Assembly (NCBI GenBank): GCA_012026655.1
Contig: JAAILG010001142.1
Span: 1-64,000, forward strand
Length of the DNA: 64,000 nt
Reading direction: 5' to 3'
Origin: Hydrolagus affinis
Lineage: Eukaryota
Part shown: piece after piece, positions 35,766 to 47,990 of the stretch
Layout of the letters: the number at the start of each line of letters is the position of its first letter
Numbering within the stretch: position 1 is the stretch's first letter
Position numbers and translations under genes: made by a program
The notes under the pieces: model-generated
What the model saw: only the letters and a program-made list of their open reading frames with translations
Told to the model about the DNA's origin: nothing
Databases searched by the model: none

Positions 35766-38700
35766 TTACCACAGGTACTGGTATGGAGTGACAGGATATT
35801 AGCATTGTATGCGACTGGGTGTTGGAGTTATGATGGGAAATAGCACCAATGATTTGAGACTTTAAAAAAAATACATTCCAGCAAAGTTAATTAAAGTCAA
35901 ATCTGAGATAGGGTTAAAAGAGAACCTGCATTGTAACTGAAGGATGATAAAATGTCACAGTTTATTACATTATTACTTATATCAGTGACAGTCGCAATAT
36001 TGCTGTTAGATTTGAGTAACTACCTTTTCAAATGTTAAATTTATCCAAACACATTGTTTAGGTTTGTGTTTTGGTCATCTATTTTACTCATTACCTGCAA
36101 ACAAATGGTCACTACATTCACATTACTTATAACTATAAAAATATTGAGTTTTTTGTTAGAGATGTGCCTAGGATTTTAGAATATTGAAATTACATGGTTA
36201 TAATACTTTAATCAAATCTCAATTACCCAGTGGGGGCAGAGATTCTTCTTCACTCGGCTACGGTTAACTCTGCATGCTAAAGTCCTAATAGAGTAGAGCC
36301 CTGGGACTCCTCAATCAACGCTGGGGATGTGTTGTTGAAAAGTGCGATTTTAAGTAAAACAACGTATATAGCAAAAGCTAAATTACCATAGGCCCTAATG
36401 CTATCAATAGGGGTTACATTCGTTCAGTACTTTTCTGGTCTAAATTTTCTAATACTAATATTAAATAAAGACCCAAAACAATACTACTAGTATTGAAAAT
36501 TAAAATAAAAAGTTTTATAAATATATAAGTAGCATAAAAACACAATTAAGAGAACACTCACTGGAGATGGTCAGGCACCTCTGGGGATCCATACAACAGG
36601 CAGGTAATCCCACCCCTTCATCTGAATGACTGAGCCCCTCCCACTGACCACATCCAACCTTCTCCACTAACTGTTCTCTTAATTGTATTTATTATCTTAT
36701 TTATATATTTACTAAACAACTAATATAAAATGTAATCAGCTAATATCCCTTCAATTAATCCAATTTACTAATTTTTTCTCACTATTTATTAATTCATTAC
36801 AACGTATAATCGAAACAACTTATATTGGGACCAGAAACTAGACTGAGAAACTCACTCAAATAAAACTCTGCTGCCTTTGAAAAGAGGAGACTTTCTTTCT
36901 ATTTGTCTTGGCTAAATTTGATCGCACCAAGATGCCGTCCGGCGTGAATTATAATATGAATGCTAATTTTTGTTGTAAATCCACACTTTTATCCCAGAGA
37001 TTGAGTGACTGTATTCCAGCTACAGTCACTAATTGTGATGCAAGTTGCTAGTGTGGATCAAAGCAGCTGAGGTGGGGGGTGCTGATTTTTTAACTCCTAT
37101 CTGGTAGGGGAATGATTATTTCTATTCCCGTAGCCACAAATTACACATTCAAAGTTTCAGGAGACTATTTTTAAGTTCAGATTGTTTTCCGTTTTGGAAA
37201 TTTTTAAAGTTCTTTTGCAGAAAAAATACAAACGTTACAAAAGCACGGCAATAAAATCCAGCAAATGAAAGGAAACAAACTGGCCAACTTGGAGATTCAC
37301 ATGCTATTCACTGCAGAATATATTGGCTGTGACAAGAAAATGCAGGCGTTTCAGAAATTTAGCTCATGCTTCCCAACCTAAAACATTTCCGCTAGAGTGA
37401 GTTCATATATAACAATCCACAAGGTTTTTTTTAACTTTAGTTCATTCAAACCTACATTCGGCTATGGAAATATACAATTCATACCCATATATGTAACCAA
37501 TACCTTGTCTTTCAATTTCTAACTGGAATGGAACATTGAATTAAAGAATGAGAAATACTAAAGACAGTTCCACCTAACCCTTCAGAAAGAAGCCACTGTC
37601 AAAAAAAAAGTAATTTTAATTAAATTCTGTATTAGTATTAAAATCATGTGTTGTGTATACGGGAGTAGAGTTCGAATTGAATTGCACTGAAGCTGTTATA
37701 CTGCAGCAGAGTGAACCCAAATACTGCAGAGACCACTTTAAGTCGAACTTGGCACAGAAATACTGTATGATTAATTTCTACACTGCTCAACAAGATTTAT
37801 ACTGCACTTTCATGAAAAGTATTGTGTAAACGCAGGTCAACTTTTTTCAGGTTCCAAAGGTTGAATAATACTGTGTAACACAGTGCAGTATTCACCTCCG
37901 CCCACCTGGGAAATTTGTACCTTAATGAAGATTGAATTACTGTTATTTTGATACAGTTATAATTTAAAAACTTTGACACAAATTTAGTATCGTTTGCTTT
38001 CAAATAATGGAGTATACATATATGAGAACTCTACCTTTCTGGTTAATGAATTTGCAGAAACAAAATGTTTCTCTTAAATATGAGCATTGCAATTTGGACA
38101 TGTGAGGTTAGCCTTGTTTCTTAAATAAAGCACTTAAATATTTATTTAAAATAAAAATTCACTTATATTGGTTACAAACTCTAATCCAAATAGCTATAAC
38201 TTGAAAGAATTATGTTTCAGCATGGAATAGAAGCACATTATAAATTTAGTTGATCTGACAGTTATTCATTAATTGGAGTGGAATACTGAAATGCTGCTTA
38301 GGAGAACTGGAATTTATTTATTTGACAAGGTGGAAATCCTAGTCCAATAGCTTGCTCTTAGCAAAAAAAACTCAAATTAAATATTCAATGTTATTCTCAC
38401 AGTGTAAGAATTTAAAAAAGGAATAGTTGTTCTTTTATATTTTATATATGCCTAAAGTTGGCATAATGTTTGCATAATTTATTTTTATGGTACATTATCT
38501 TAGTTTTGAATTTCTCCTTTCAAATCAAGACTAAGATAATGCGCAATAAAAATAATGATGTAATGTTGGCTAGATTTTTACTAACATCCATTGAAATTGT
38601 GTCTAGCATATCACTCTGACACCTTTTAATACTGAATGATTTTCACTTCCATTAGCTGGAGTTCACATCAAGCAGTATTCCTGCAATCCCATTATATTTC

Positions 38701-38822
38701 ACTTCATCCTTTCAAATAAGATCTCTTGTAATAATAATCCTTGCATTTGATATTGTGCCTTAACATGTCTCAAGCAGTCTCAAAGTGCTTCACAGAATAT
38801 ACTGTAAAGTTAATCAATGAAG

Positions 38823-39124
38823 AAGTCCTGTAGCTCAGTGGTTAGAGCATTCACCTTACAAGCATGAGACGTGTTCGAATCCAGGCAGGTCAGGGTGAAA
38901 CCTTAGGCAAGTTTCCTTACTCCACACGCCTAACAATAATCCCTCAAAAATATTTAAAAATTGGTCATTTCAATCCTAGACTATTTGTGGGACACTGCTG
39001 TGCGAATTGGCTGCCGCGTTTCGCTCACAAATGTATAAATGTACACTTTATAGAGTATTCAGTGAAGTGCTTTGAGATGTCTAGAAGACGTGAAAAGCGC
39101 GATATCAAATGCAATGATTATTAT
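38823..39124 (+). mobile_element. Same SINE, full length (an inverted tail fragment at about 38729-38812 lies just upstream)
   Basis: Head, core and tail all present. Confidence 0.9.
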
Positions 39125-41256
39125 ACTTTTATAATATAAATAAATTGCATTTTTATAGCAATTTATCACATCCCAACATCGCAACATCACAAAGTGCTTC
39201 ACAGATAATTGTTATCAGGTGTAGTGACTGTCTGTAGGTAAATCTGCTGCCATTTGCCCAGCCAGGTCTCACAAATGGTCATGAGGCGAGTAACCAATTC
39301 TCAATCTGGAGAATTGTTGGCCAGGACATGGAGAAACTTTATTTTCTATTTGAATAGTGTCTTGAGATCTTTGACGTATACTGGAATAGTCAACATTTGG
39401 TACCACTAACAATATAATAGCTCTGCACTCCACTGTCAGCTGAGAGATAAGCTCTGGCTTTGTTCGTCAGTGTCCTCTTCACTCTATCCCTGGCTCTTCA
39501 CTTCACAAACATAATCCTATTCACAATTTCCCTGTCAACAAGTCCTGAACTTCCATTGCACTAATAATGAAAATTCTTCAAAGTGATGGGCTACTAACTG
39601 GTGTGAGTAGCTTTGCTTCGGAGATTCTTTAATTTTCTGGGAATTTGAAAGAAAACTGACTTGTATGAATTGTTAGAAATTAAACTCTCACAAAATGAGT
39701 ATGATGGGCTGAATTGCCTCCTCTACTGAAATCCAGCAGTCCACACTGTCACTTCCAAGACTCAATCTTTGTTCAGCCTTTGAAACCTTTTGTGCTCGGT
39801 CTGAAGCCTGTCAGGATTTACTCAGTTTTGCTAAATTTTGATCACTTTGATGTCCCTTTGATAATACAACTGAAATCTTGTTCAATTCTTTGAAGAGTTT
39901 CTCCATACCTCTTTAAAGTTCAATCAAGTTCAGTAGAAGTGAGCTACTGGGAGCAGACACGGCAATACAGTACAGTACAGCTATTGCACAGTGGATTCCC
40001 CCATTACTGTGCAATAGCTGAAATGCATAATAAATTCTAGCTTGGATATAGTGGAAAACAATTCTTGGTTAGCATTTTCACATTCACTGAGCATCCGTGC
40101 AGAAAGACAAAATGGCAGCTGCATTGGGGACACCGAATTGGCTGACTTCCAGGTCATTAGATCACTGTCAATAGCCCTTCCATTGTTGCAATGCACAAAC
40201 AAGCGTGCTGGGTCTGGCTCCAAATTCGATCCCTGCACAAGCGCGGCAAGAAAGTTGGACTTGAGCCCTCCGAGTATCTGCGTTCTAAATGAATGGGGTC
40301 ACATTGTACTTTGTGAATAAATCCCTGTGTCTCTTCTTCTCAGTGCCCCTCACTATCACAATGTCTCCCTGTGGACTTGGTCTGTATGTGTCACTGTATC
40401 TGTCTCTCTGGTCAGTCTTCCTCAAGAGTTTGCCTCTCTACTTTTTCAATACTGCATGGCACACACTTGTTCTTTCTAACAACATGGATTTGTATAAAGT
40501 CCTTCATGTAGTCTAGGCAGAGCATGATGCAGAGATAGTGCTGGACACTGATCAGGGGAATTTGGCTGCTACTCTCTCATATTAGTTTCTCTTGCCCCTC
40601 TCCTTGTTAAGAGCGGTGGTGATATCTTGCTGTTGTATGCGGTGACTTTTGAGAGATATTCATGACACTTGTGATCCAATGAATAGATAAACCCACTGTT
40701 CAGAATATTCTTTCAGAAAAATGCCCGAAGCTTTGAGTTGTCAGTTGTGGCAAATAATGTCACATAGACAAATGCTTCAGTTAGAAGATTTCTAGCCTCA
40801 CGGCTTTGTCTGTCGCTGAAAGTTTTAACATTTATTGCTTTTTGACCATGTCTCTGGATTCACCGATATGTATTTTCTGTGCAGTAGGAGTTTCAATTAC
40901 ACATCAATTGCTTTCCTGAAATGAATGGTTTGGCTATAGGTTAAGAACAGAGTTACTTACCCTGCATGGTCAGAGTAAGATTTTTTGCTTTGGGCGGTGC
41001 CGCTTGCAGTCTGTAGCTGAAAAGTAGTCTCAGATATTTGTTTGAAAGGTTGATGTGTATTAACAATGGCACAGTGATGGATTGACTGGACCAGACTAAT
41101 CGCCAAATATGCTAAGCAACTTGCATGTGTCTCGAGTCTTCGGTTGGCACCAAGAACATGCATAATAACATTCCCAAGCAGAAAGTGCATTGTTATTCAA
41201 CTAATTCTTGCTGTAAATGTAATTTGGGATTATTTCTACAATATTCATGTCATTAC

Positions 41257-42006
41257 CAGAGCTGCCAACCAGTACGTTTTTGCCGTATTTAGTACGGTAA
41301 ATTGAAATAAATACAGCAGTACGATTTTTCTTGTTAAAATACGTTTTTTTGGAAAATGCGAAATGTTCCATNNNNNNNNNNNNNNNNNNNNNNNNNNNNN
41401 NNNNNNNNNNNNNNNNNNNNNNNNNNNNNNNNNNNNNNNNNNNNNNNNNNNNNNNNNNNNNNNNNNNNNNNNNNNNNNNNNNNNNNNNNNNNNNNNNNNN
41501 NNNNNNNNNNNNNNNNNNNNNNNNCTGTCTGTCTCAGTCACGCTCTCTCTTTCTCTCTCTCTGTCTCTCTCTGTATCTCTCTTTCTGTGTCTCTTTCTCA
41601 CTCTCTGTTTGAGTCTCTGCCTGTCACAATCTTGCTCATGGTCTCTCTCTGTCTCTGTCTCAGTCTCTTTCTCTATAATTTTCTCTCCCTGCCTTCAATA
41701 GCAGTGCTACCTACCTTATGCTGTCGCTGGTACACTGTAAATGTCAGTGCTAGGTACTAGGCTAGGCGCAAGGCATTATTGGGAACGATTTTTTTCATAT
41801 ATGGAAACACAGTAGGGACCTCCCGCTTAACGCAATTTGTGCTCAACGAGGAGTTTTGAAGTCCCATTTTACTTGGCATCTTTTCGCGCTATAATTTTTT
41901 TGTTAAGTACCGGTAGGTTCTGGGGAAAATACTTTTTTTTATTACAAAATACTGTTTTTAGCTTTCAGGAGTACGTTTTTTTGTTAAAAAAAGGTTGGCA
42001 GCTCTG
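41257..42006. mobile_element. Non-autonomous TIR DNA transposon with a 6-bp TSD
   Basis: Perfect 14-bp TIRs cagagctgccaacc / ggttggcagctctg; cattac on both flanks (41251-56, 42007-12). Confidence 0.85.
41372..41524. other. Assembly gap (153 N)
   Basis: N run next to a CT-rich tract inside the 6-bp-TSD element. Confidence 1.
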
Positions 42007-43035
42007 CATTACACCTTACTTTTACTTGGTACAAATGTATGGAAAAATGTGATTGGTGGCCACTTCTAAAAGAATAGTAAAGTAGTGATGATAGTACCTT
42101 GAAGCAGTAGTGTGCATTTTACTAAATTGTTACTAATCCTAAATGTTGTATGAAAACATTTGTGTCCTTGTTGCGGTTGTAAGCTAACAATTAGGTTGAA
42201 AGCATTTGGGTTCCTTTTCATCCACCTGAATTATAAGGCAAACAGAACCTAAACTAATAGCACAGTCAATAAATGGGATCAATGGGATGAATGACAAAAG
42301 ATGGAAGTTTGATTCTACAAATGGTCCCCACCCACTCCTTCCTTTCCTGTTTCACAAAACCTTCCTCAGTTCTGAGGCCCTGCTTTTTCGGGGTAGCAGT
42401 AGTTTCAATACTTTGATTGTGCTCTTGGTCACAGATTTTGTTCTTGCTTGTACACCTACATTTTAAAGATCATTTGGGTGCGTTTTGACGTTTCAAAATT
42501 GTCATGTTTGATTATACATAGGACCAACTCTGTAAGTTCTTGCCAACATTATAGCCAAGGGAAATGTTTCCTATTAGAATGCTTTAGTTGAATAAGCTTG
42601 TCTTATTTACGCATGGCAGCTTGTGCTAAATAGCTTTCTCCAGTTGAAAGAACTTGAAGTTGGTGGAGAGGTCTTCTGGATATCTTAAGATGTAGTGCGT
42701 CCTGCCTGAAAATTCCTGCCTGAAAATTCCTGCCTAAAAGAACAAACTCAGAATAATCTGGCCATAAAATGCTGCCATCTATTTGCTCCTGATACTTACG
42801 TTTGAACTCTTATCCATGGAATTTGCTCTTGGTTGACCTTATGATTCAGCCTGGCTCAATTGATAGCATTCTCACCTCTGGGGCACAGGTTCTCCTGATG
42901 TTCTCCTATAGATTCTCCTATACAAATTGTATAGGTTCTCCTATACAAATGTAATTTTGTTGTTGTTATCCGTTCAAGCCCCACATCAGGAGTTTTTACT
43001 CTTTGTCTGGGCTAATGTTCCAGTGTAGAGCTTTT

Positions 43036-43345
43036 TTTTCCTTGCATTTGGGATATAGCGCTTTTCACGTCTTCTAGATGTCTGAAAGTGCTTCACAGAA
43101 TATACTGTTAAGTGAGTTGACTGTATATATGTGGGCGAAACACAGCAACCAATTGCGCACAGCAGCGTCCCACAAACAGTCATGGATTGAAAATGACAAA
43201 TTTTTACAGTTGTGTTTTTGTTTGGATGGATTATTATTAGGGGTATGGAGCAAGGAAACCTGCCCAAGGTTTCGCCCTGATCTGCCTGGATTCGAACACA
43301 GGTTTCACGCTTGTAAGGTGAGTGCTCTAACCACTGAGCTACAGC
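43036..43345 (-). mobile_element. Same SINE, full length
   Basis: Reverse complement of the consensus. Confidence 0.9.
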
Positions 43346-43572
43346 TTGCATTGTTGGAGTTACTGGGATTGTAACCAAGATAATTTCTGCCTGTTAAGGT
43401 GGACGTTCGTTAAAGATCCCATAACACAATTTCAACAAGGAGAGGGAGTTTCTCCGGATGTTGTGGCCAACGACCCTCCAGATAAAAATGTCCTTTCACT
43501 TCATGGTTATTTGCAGGACATTGCTATACAGTCTGTCTCATTGAACCTTTCTCATAATATCACAGGAGGTAA

Positions 43573-43683
43573 CCCTTGTAAAAAAAAGTACCATGGTAAT
43601 GGTGGTAGTACCAAGGTAGTACCATGGTTATGATAGTACTACCATGGTACTACCACCATTACCATGGTACTTTTTTACAAGGG
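43573..43683. mobile_element. 111-bp palindromic MITE with CCC..GGG termini (EnSpm/CMC-like)
   Basis: Arms cccttgtaaaaaaaagtaccatggtaatggtggtagtacca / tggtactaccaccattaccatggtacttttttacaaggg; aa on both flanks. Confidence 0.75.
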
Positions 43684-44546
43684 AAAGCTTGAAATGCCAG
43701 TTAGTCTTAGTCCATACCACCATATTATAATAAAATTTAAGATGTAGTACAATTGTGGAAAATTCTTAAATCTGGTATTAGGTTGGCAGCTGGTTCTTTC
43801 TTAAGATATGCAGAAAACCAGCTCTCAGTTTAATAGCTGTCTCAAATTAGATTGCTGCCTGTAATTCTCTACAATTTATTCTGTGTGTGTTTTTTTTCTA
43901 ATACTGTATAGTTACTTTTAGTCAGAATATTAATTAACCTTGCGAAAGATTTGCATAGTCTCAGCTCTCGGAATCCTCAGAACCCAGGGAGCTGGATAGA
44001 CAGCAGCAACTAACAAGCACAGGGCTGGGCTGCCACGACTGTCACATCACCCCTCATCAGTTAGTAATGCTCTTTGCTGCTGCAAGATGCTCCCAGGTTC
44101 CCATACCTTCACCACTCCTGAAAAAGACTCCCGGCCAATTCCTGTTCCTAAAGGAAACATTGTCTGTCTCAAAGTTTTATACTCACTAATGTCATTTTGA
44201 TGTTGGGCTTTGCTGACTTTGGTACTCATCATTTCCCCAGCCATGGCTTTTGGAAATGTACAATTGCTATTGTTCACAACAAATTTGGTTTGTAGTTTTG
44301 TCTCCAATTTAAGTCTACGAAACCCTGTCACACTGAGGACATAATCCTATAATGTAAATTAATTGGCAGAATTCACTTTCATTCAAGAAGGATAAAGGAG
44401 AAAGTGATGTTATTTCTCCACAACATTGTGGAGCTAAGATAATACTTGCAACAATTTCAATATCAGATTTGTTAACTGTGACTGTATTATAAACAATAGT
44501 GTTAGTTTAAGTGAATAGATCCTGGCTCTCGCTCTAACCATCCCAT

Positions 44547-44844
44547 GGAGTCTTGTAGCTCAGTGGTTAGACTCACCTTACAAGCAAGAGACCTGGGTTT
44601 AATTCCAGGCAGGGTGAAATCTTGGATAAATTTCCTTACTCTACACACCTAATAATAATATGTCTGAGAAAAGAAATTGTTCATTTCAATCCGCGGCTGT
44701 TTGTGGGACACTGTTGTGCGCAATTGGCTGCTGGGTTTCACCCACAAATATACACTCAATTCATTTTACAGTGAATTCTGCGAGGCGCTTTGAAACATCT
44801 AGAAGACGTGAAAAGCGCAATATCAAATGCAAGGATTATTATTA
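44547..44844 (+). mobile_element. Same SINE, full length
   Basis: Head, core and tail all present. Confidence 0.9.
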
Positions 44845-45261
44845 GCAGTAGTATTAATTTCTGTCTATAATGAAATGTTTAAATTAATATCTGGCCTTTA
44901 ACACCTGATATATGGTTTTCCTCATGCTTCTGGTTTCACATATCAATTATTGCTTAAGCAAGAGAATTTTGCTAGATGTTTAAATAGGAAAACGAACGTT
45001 TAAATTGTGAGGCAAGTCTTTTTTGGAGGCATTGAAATGTAAAAAAAACACTGCTGGGTGAAATGGTTAAAGTAAATGCTTTCGACCCACATTTGTTCAT
45101 TCCGCTTGCATATTCTCATGAGAACCCAGTTTTGTTTTCTGGTGAGGAATGTAGAAAATAGGATGTGGCTACAAAAATGACAAGGGAGCATATCTATTTA
45201 TATCTGTCCCCGTTTACAGTTAGCCGTGTGCCTTCATCGTATCCCCACTTGCTCATTTCAG

Positions 45262-45376
45262 GGCTGCTGCGATATCTCAAGAAAGGAAAGAGCGACCAGT
45301 GAGTGTGGTGAGTGAGGTTTCAAACTACACCATGGCATCAGAAATGACACTGCTTCCAATGAGCCCTGCAGGCAGG
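45262..45376 (+). CDS. PLEKHA5: PLEKHA5 coding exon (linker), 115 nt, phase 2-0
   Basis: ctcatttcag / gtaagt; AAAISQERKERPVSVVSEVSNYTMASEMTLLPMSPAGR resembles PLEKHA5 ..KKERPISMINEASNY..PMSPVGR; phases fit both neighbouring exons. Not in the ORF track in this frame. Confidence 0.9.
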
Positions 45377-45626
45377 GTAAGTATAGTACTAATGGTTCTG
45401 TATGATGACTGCTTCTGAAATCTACTGACATTAAACTGTACATGCTGGCATTTTAACTTCAATTCCACGTCGTAGTCAATAATTGTTGAAGTACAGCAGT
45501 GTTCAGATTGTTATGTCTTTTGGAAGCCAAGTTCAGAAACTCAGCTTTCAGTTGGTTACTTTGGACGAACCGTGCATTTTCATTTCACCCTCATACAGCA
45601 ATGATGCCTTGAAATACAACAAGCAT

Positions 45627-45800
45627 AATAATAATCCTTGCGTTTGATACAGTACCTTATCATGTTATTGAGACGTCTCCAAAGTGCTTCACAGAATGTC
45701 GTGTAAATGTCTGTATGTTATGTGGGCGACACGCAGTACACCAATCGCGCAAAGCAGTGTCCCCCACAGTTGTGGATTGAGTGATGAAATTATTATTATT
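45627..45800 (-). mobile_element. Same SINE, diverged 3' half
   Basis: aataatccttgcgtttgatac..aagtgcttcacagaat..gcagtgtcccc. Confidence 0.75.
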
Positions 45801-47685
45801 ATGTATTTACTCAAAAGGTAACGATTGATTTTAAAAAAAATAAATTATGGAAATAGAAATGCAGCAGGTTGTGCTTAATGAGCATTGACAGAACCTTCAG
45901 CTAATCAGTCATTACCAGCTTTGAGATTCTGTTTTAATATTCAGGTGTTATTTGTTTTAATCAAACCCTTCCACTGCTCCTTTGTCAGGACTGAAGTTTA
46001 TTGACTGTCCATTAGTGTACATTGACGTATGACTTCAGTTACATAAAATTATGTATGTTATTAAAAGCTTTTTTGTTCAGAAAAGGAGGTAACTTGTTGT
46101 GCTTTCAACATGAGAAAATTTAATGTGTACAAAACGGTGCAATGGATATTTCCTGGCCGTGTCCATTCCTTTTAAAGACTGGTATCATTTTTCTTGATCT
46201 TTTCTGCAATGAAACTCCAATCAGTTTTGTCAGCATCACTCATTCTCTGCATTTAGCTTCTGATTTTTACTGTTTCCTAAACCATCTCCAATATTAAGTG
46301 CCGTGTTCTAAACATAACAATGCTAGTGAGTTTACAGTGGACAAATAACAGGGGAATTTCATTTCAATCAACCTTTGAGTTCCCAACAGCTCAGAAGCCA
46401 TGTTAGAATCAAGGCCCTTTTTCCACCAAAAAGAAAAGCCTACTTCCAGGATGCCATGTGATGTGCAGGAAACTAAAGTGACAGCATCACTTGCTGCATA
46501 TTGCCTGCTTATCGTATCGTAATGTTGGAAACTTGTATGTCACTTCCAATTAATGTGGGTCGACAGAATGTCAGAGCTATACCAAAGGGAGTTATAATAG
46601 AATTTCTCTCTGTTTGGCTTTTAATCAATTGTGGTGAGAAGGAGGCTCCCTGCATCCCCTATACTTTATTAGCTTTGTCAATAGCTTTGCATTCATTTAC
46701 TGGATGTTTCCAGATATGAGATTGTTTTTCTCCTTCACGTGGGCAATAGGTATCCATGCATTCTAAGTCTCTTCAGTGTCTCCGCTACCAGTGTACAAAA
46801 ACTTGTTTTCACCTGTTCATGTATTATTCAGGTCATCTACCCTTTAGTTATGACTCGGAGGCGAGCATGCTCTCACTGAAGCACGATGACCCATTATCAT
46901 TTTATACATTAGACAGTGGATCCAAAATGGATCATTTTAGAAAATTACCATGAATTGACATCCAAGCCTTTTCCATTTAGCACTCTTCCCCTATTGGATG
47001 GACAGCTTTTAATCCAGCAAAGATATTTTCTACCATTTCAATTGCTTTTAGATGGCAAATGAATTGGAGAACTTTATCTAATCCAAACTCTTATGAGGAC
47101 GCCAGCATACTTCCTGTAATTCAATCGCTGTAGATTGAAGAGGCATAACCTTTTTTCACCACGACTGTTGTGTAGTCTTAATATTTTTTGTGCTCTCTAA
47201 ATGAACTTGAGAAGTGTCCTGTAAAATGCTCTTGTTCAATTTCCTGACTGTCTCTTAACCAAACAGTCTGTCACTGATTAATGTTTCATTCCTTTACAGA
47301 ATTTAAAAGGGGAAAAAGTTCACTGCACTATATGTGCTAAAACACAAGCCTATTAAAGTATTAATTAGAACCTTACATCTTTCCCTTAGAATCATAGGAT
47401 GCCATCCTGTTTAGATGTAGACATCTAACCTATTTGGTTCCTTCATGGCAAATAACCTACTAACATTTAGATTTTGCTATCCTCCAGAATGTCTCCAATG
47501 AATTGGGTCAAAATGATCATCTTACATTTTTGCCTGTTTTTCATTTTGTTCTTGTCCAACGAGATACAGAATTTATTGAGCAGTATTACATTTTGAGTGC
47601 CTGCCGCTTGTGGGAGTCACCCATTAGCAGACCATAGACATGCTGGTAGCCTTTTTAAAATTAGATAGGCTTGAAGTATGCTGCA

Positions 47686-47990
47686 GAGTCCTGTAGCTCA
47701 GTGGTTAGAGCACTTGCCTTACAAGTGAAAGACCTGGGTTTGATTCCAGACAGGACGAAACCTTGGACAAGTTTCCTTACTCCACACGCCTGATAATAAT
47801 CCCTCAAAAAATTTTTTTTAAATTGGTCATTTCGATCCATGACTGTTTGTGGGAAACAGCTGTGTGCAATTGGCTGCCACGTTTCGCCCACATATATACA
47901 ATCAATTCACTTTACAGTATATTCTGTGAAGCGCTCTGAGACATCTAGAAGACGTGAAAAGCACTATATCAACTGCAAGCATTATTATTA
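47686..47990 (+). mobile_element. Same SINE, full length
   Basis: Head, core and tail all present. Confidence 0.9.

Noticed and set aside
38864-39139. Recurring short ORF family (..[19 protein letters not shown]..; also 25228, 42986, 51446, 62854)
   Set aside because: Translations of non-coding SINE copies, with inconsistent frames and stops
41245-41760. ORFs spanning N runs (also 51446-51946)
   Set aside because: Artefacts of assembly gaps and CT-rich low-complexity sequence
42700-42967. Short tandem repeats cctgcctgaaaatt (x2.7) and ttctcctata units
   Set aside because: Ordinary slippage products; the second abuts a truncated L2 tail
45220-45261. Upstream acceptor cgtttacAG that would extend the exon by 42 nt in frame
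   Set aside because: The first full codon in frame is TAG (45221-23), so it is not a coding extension
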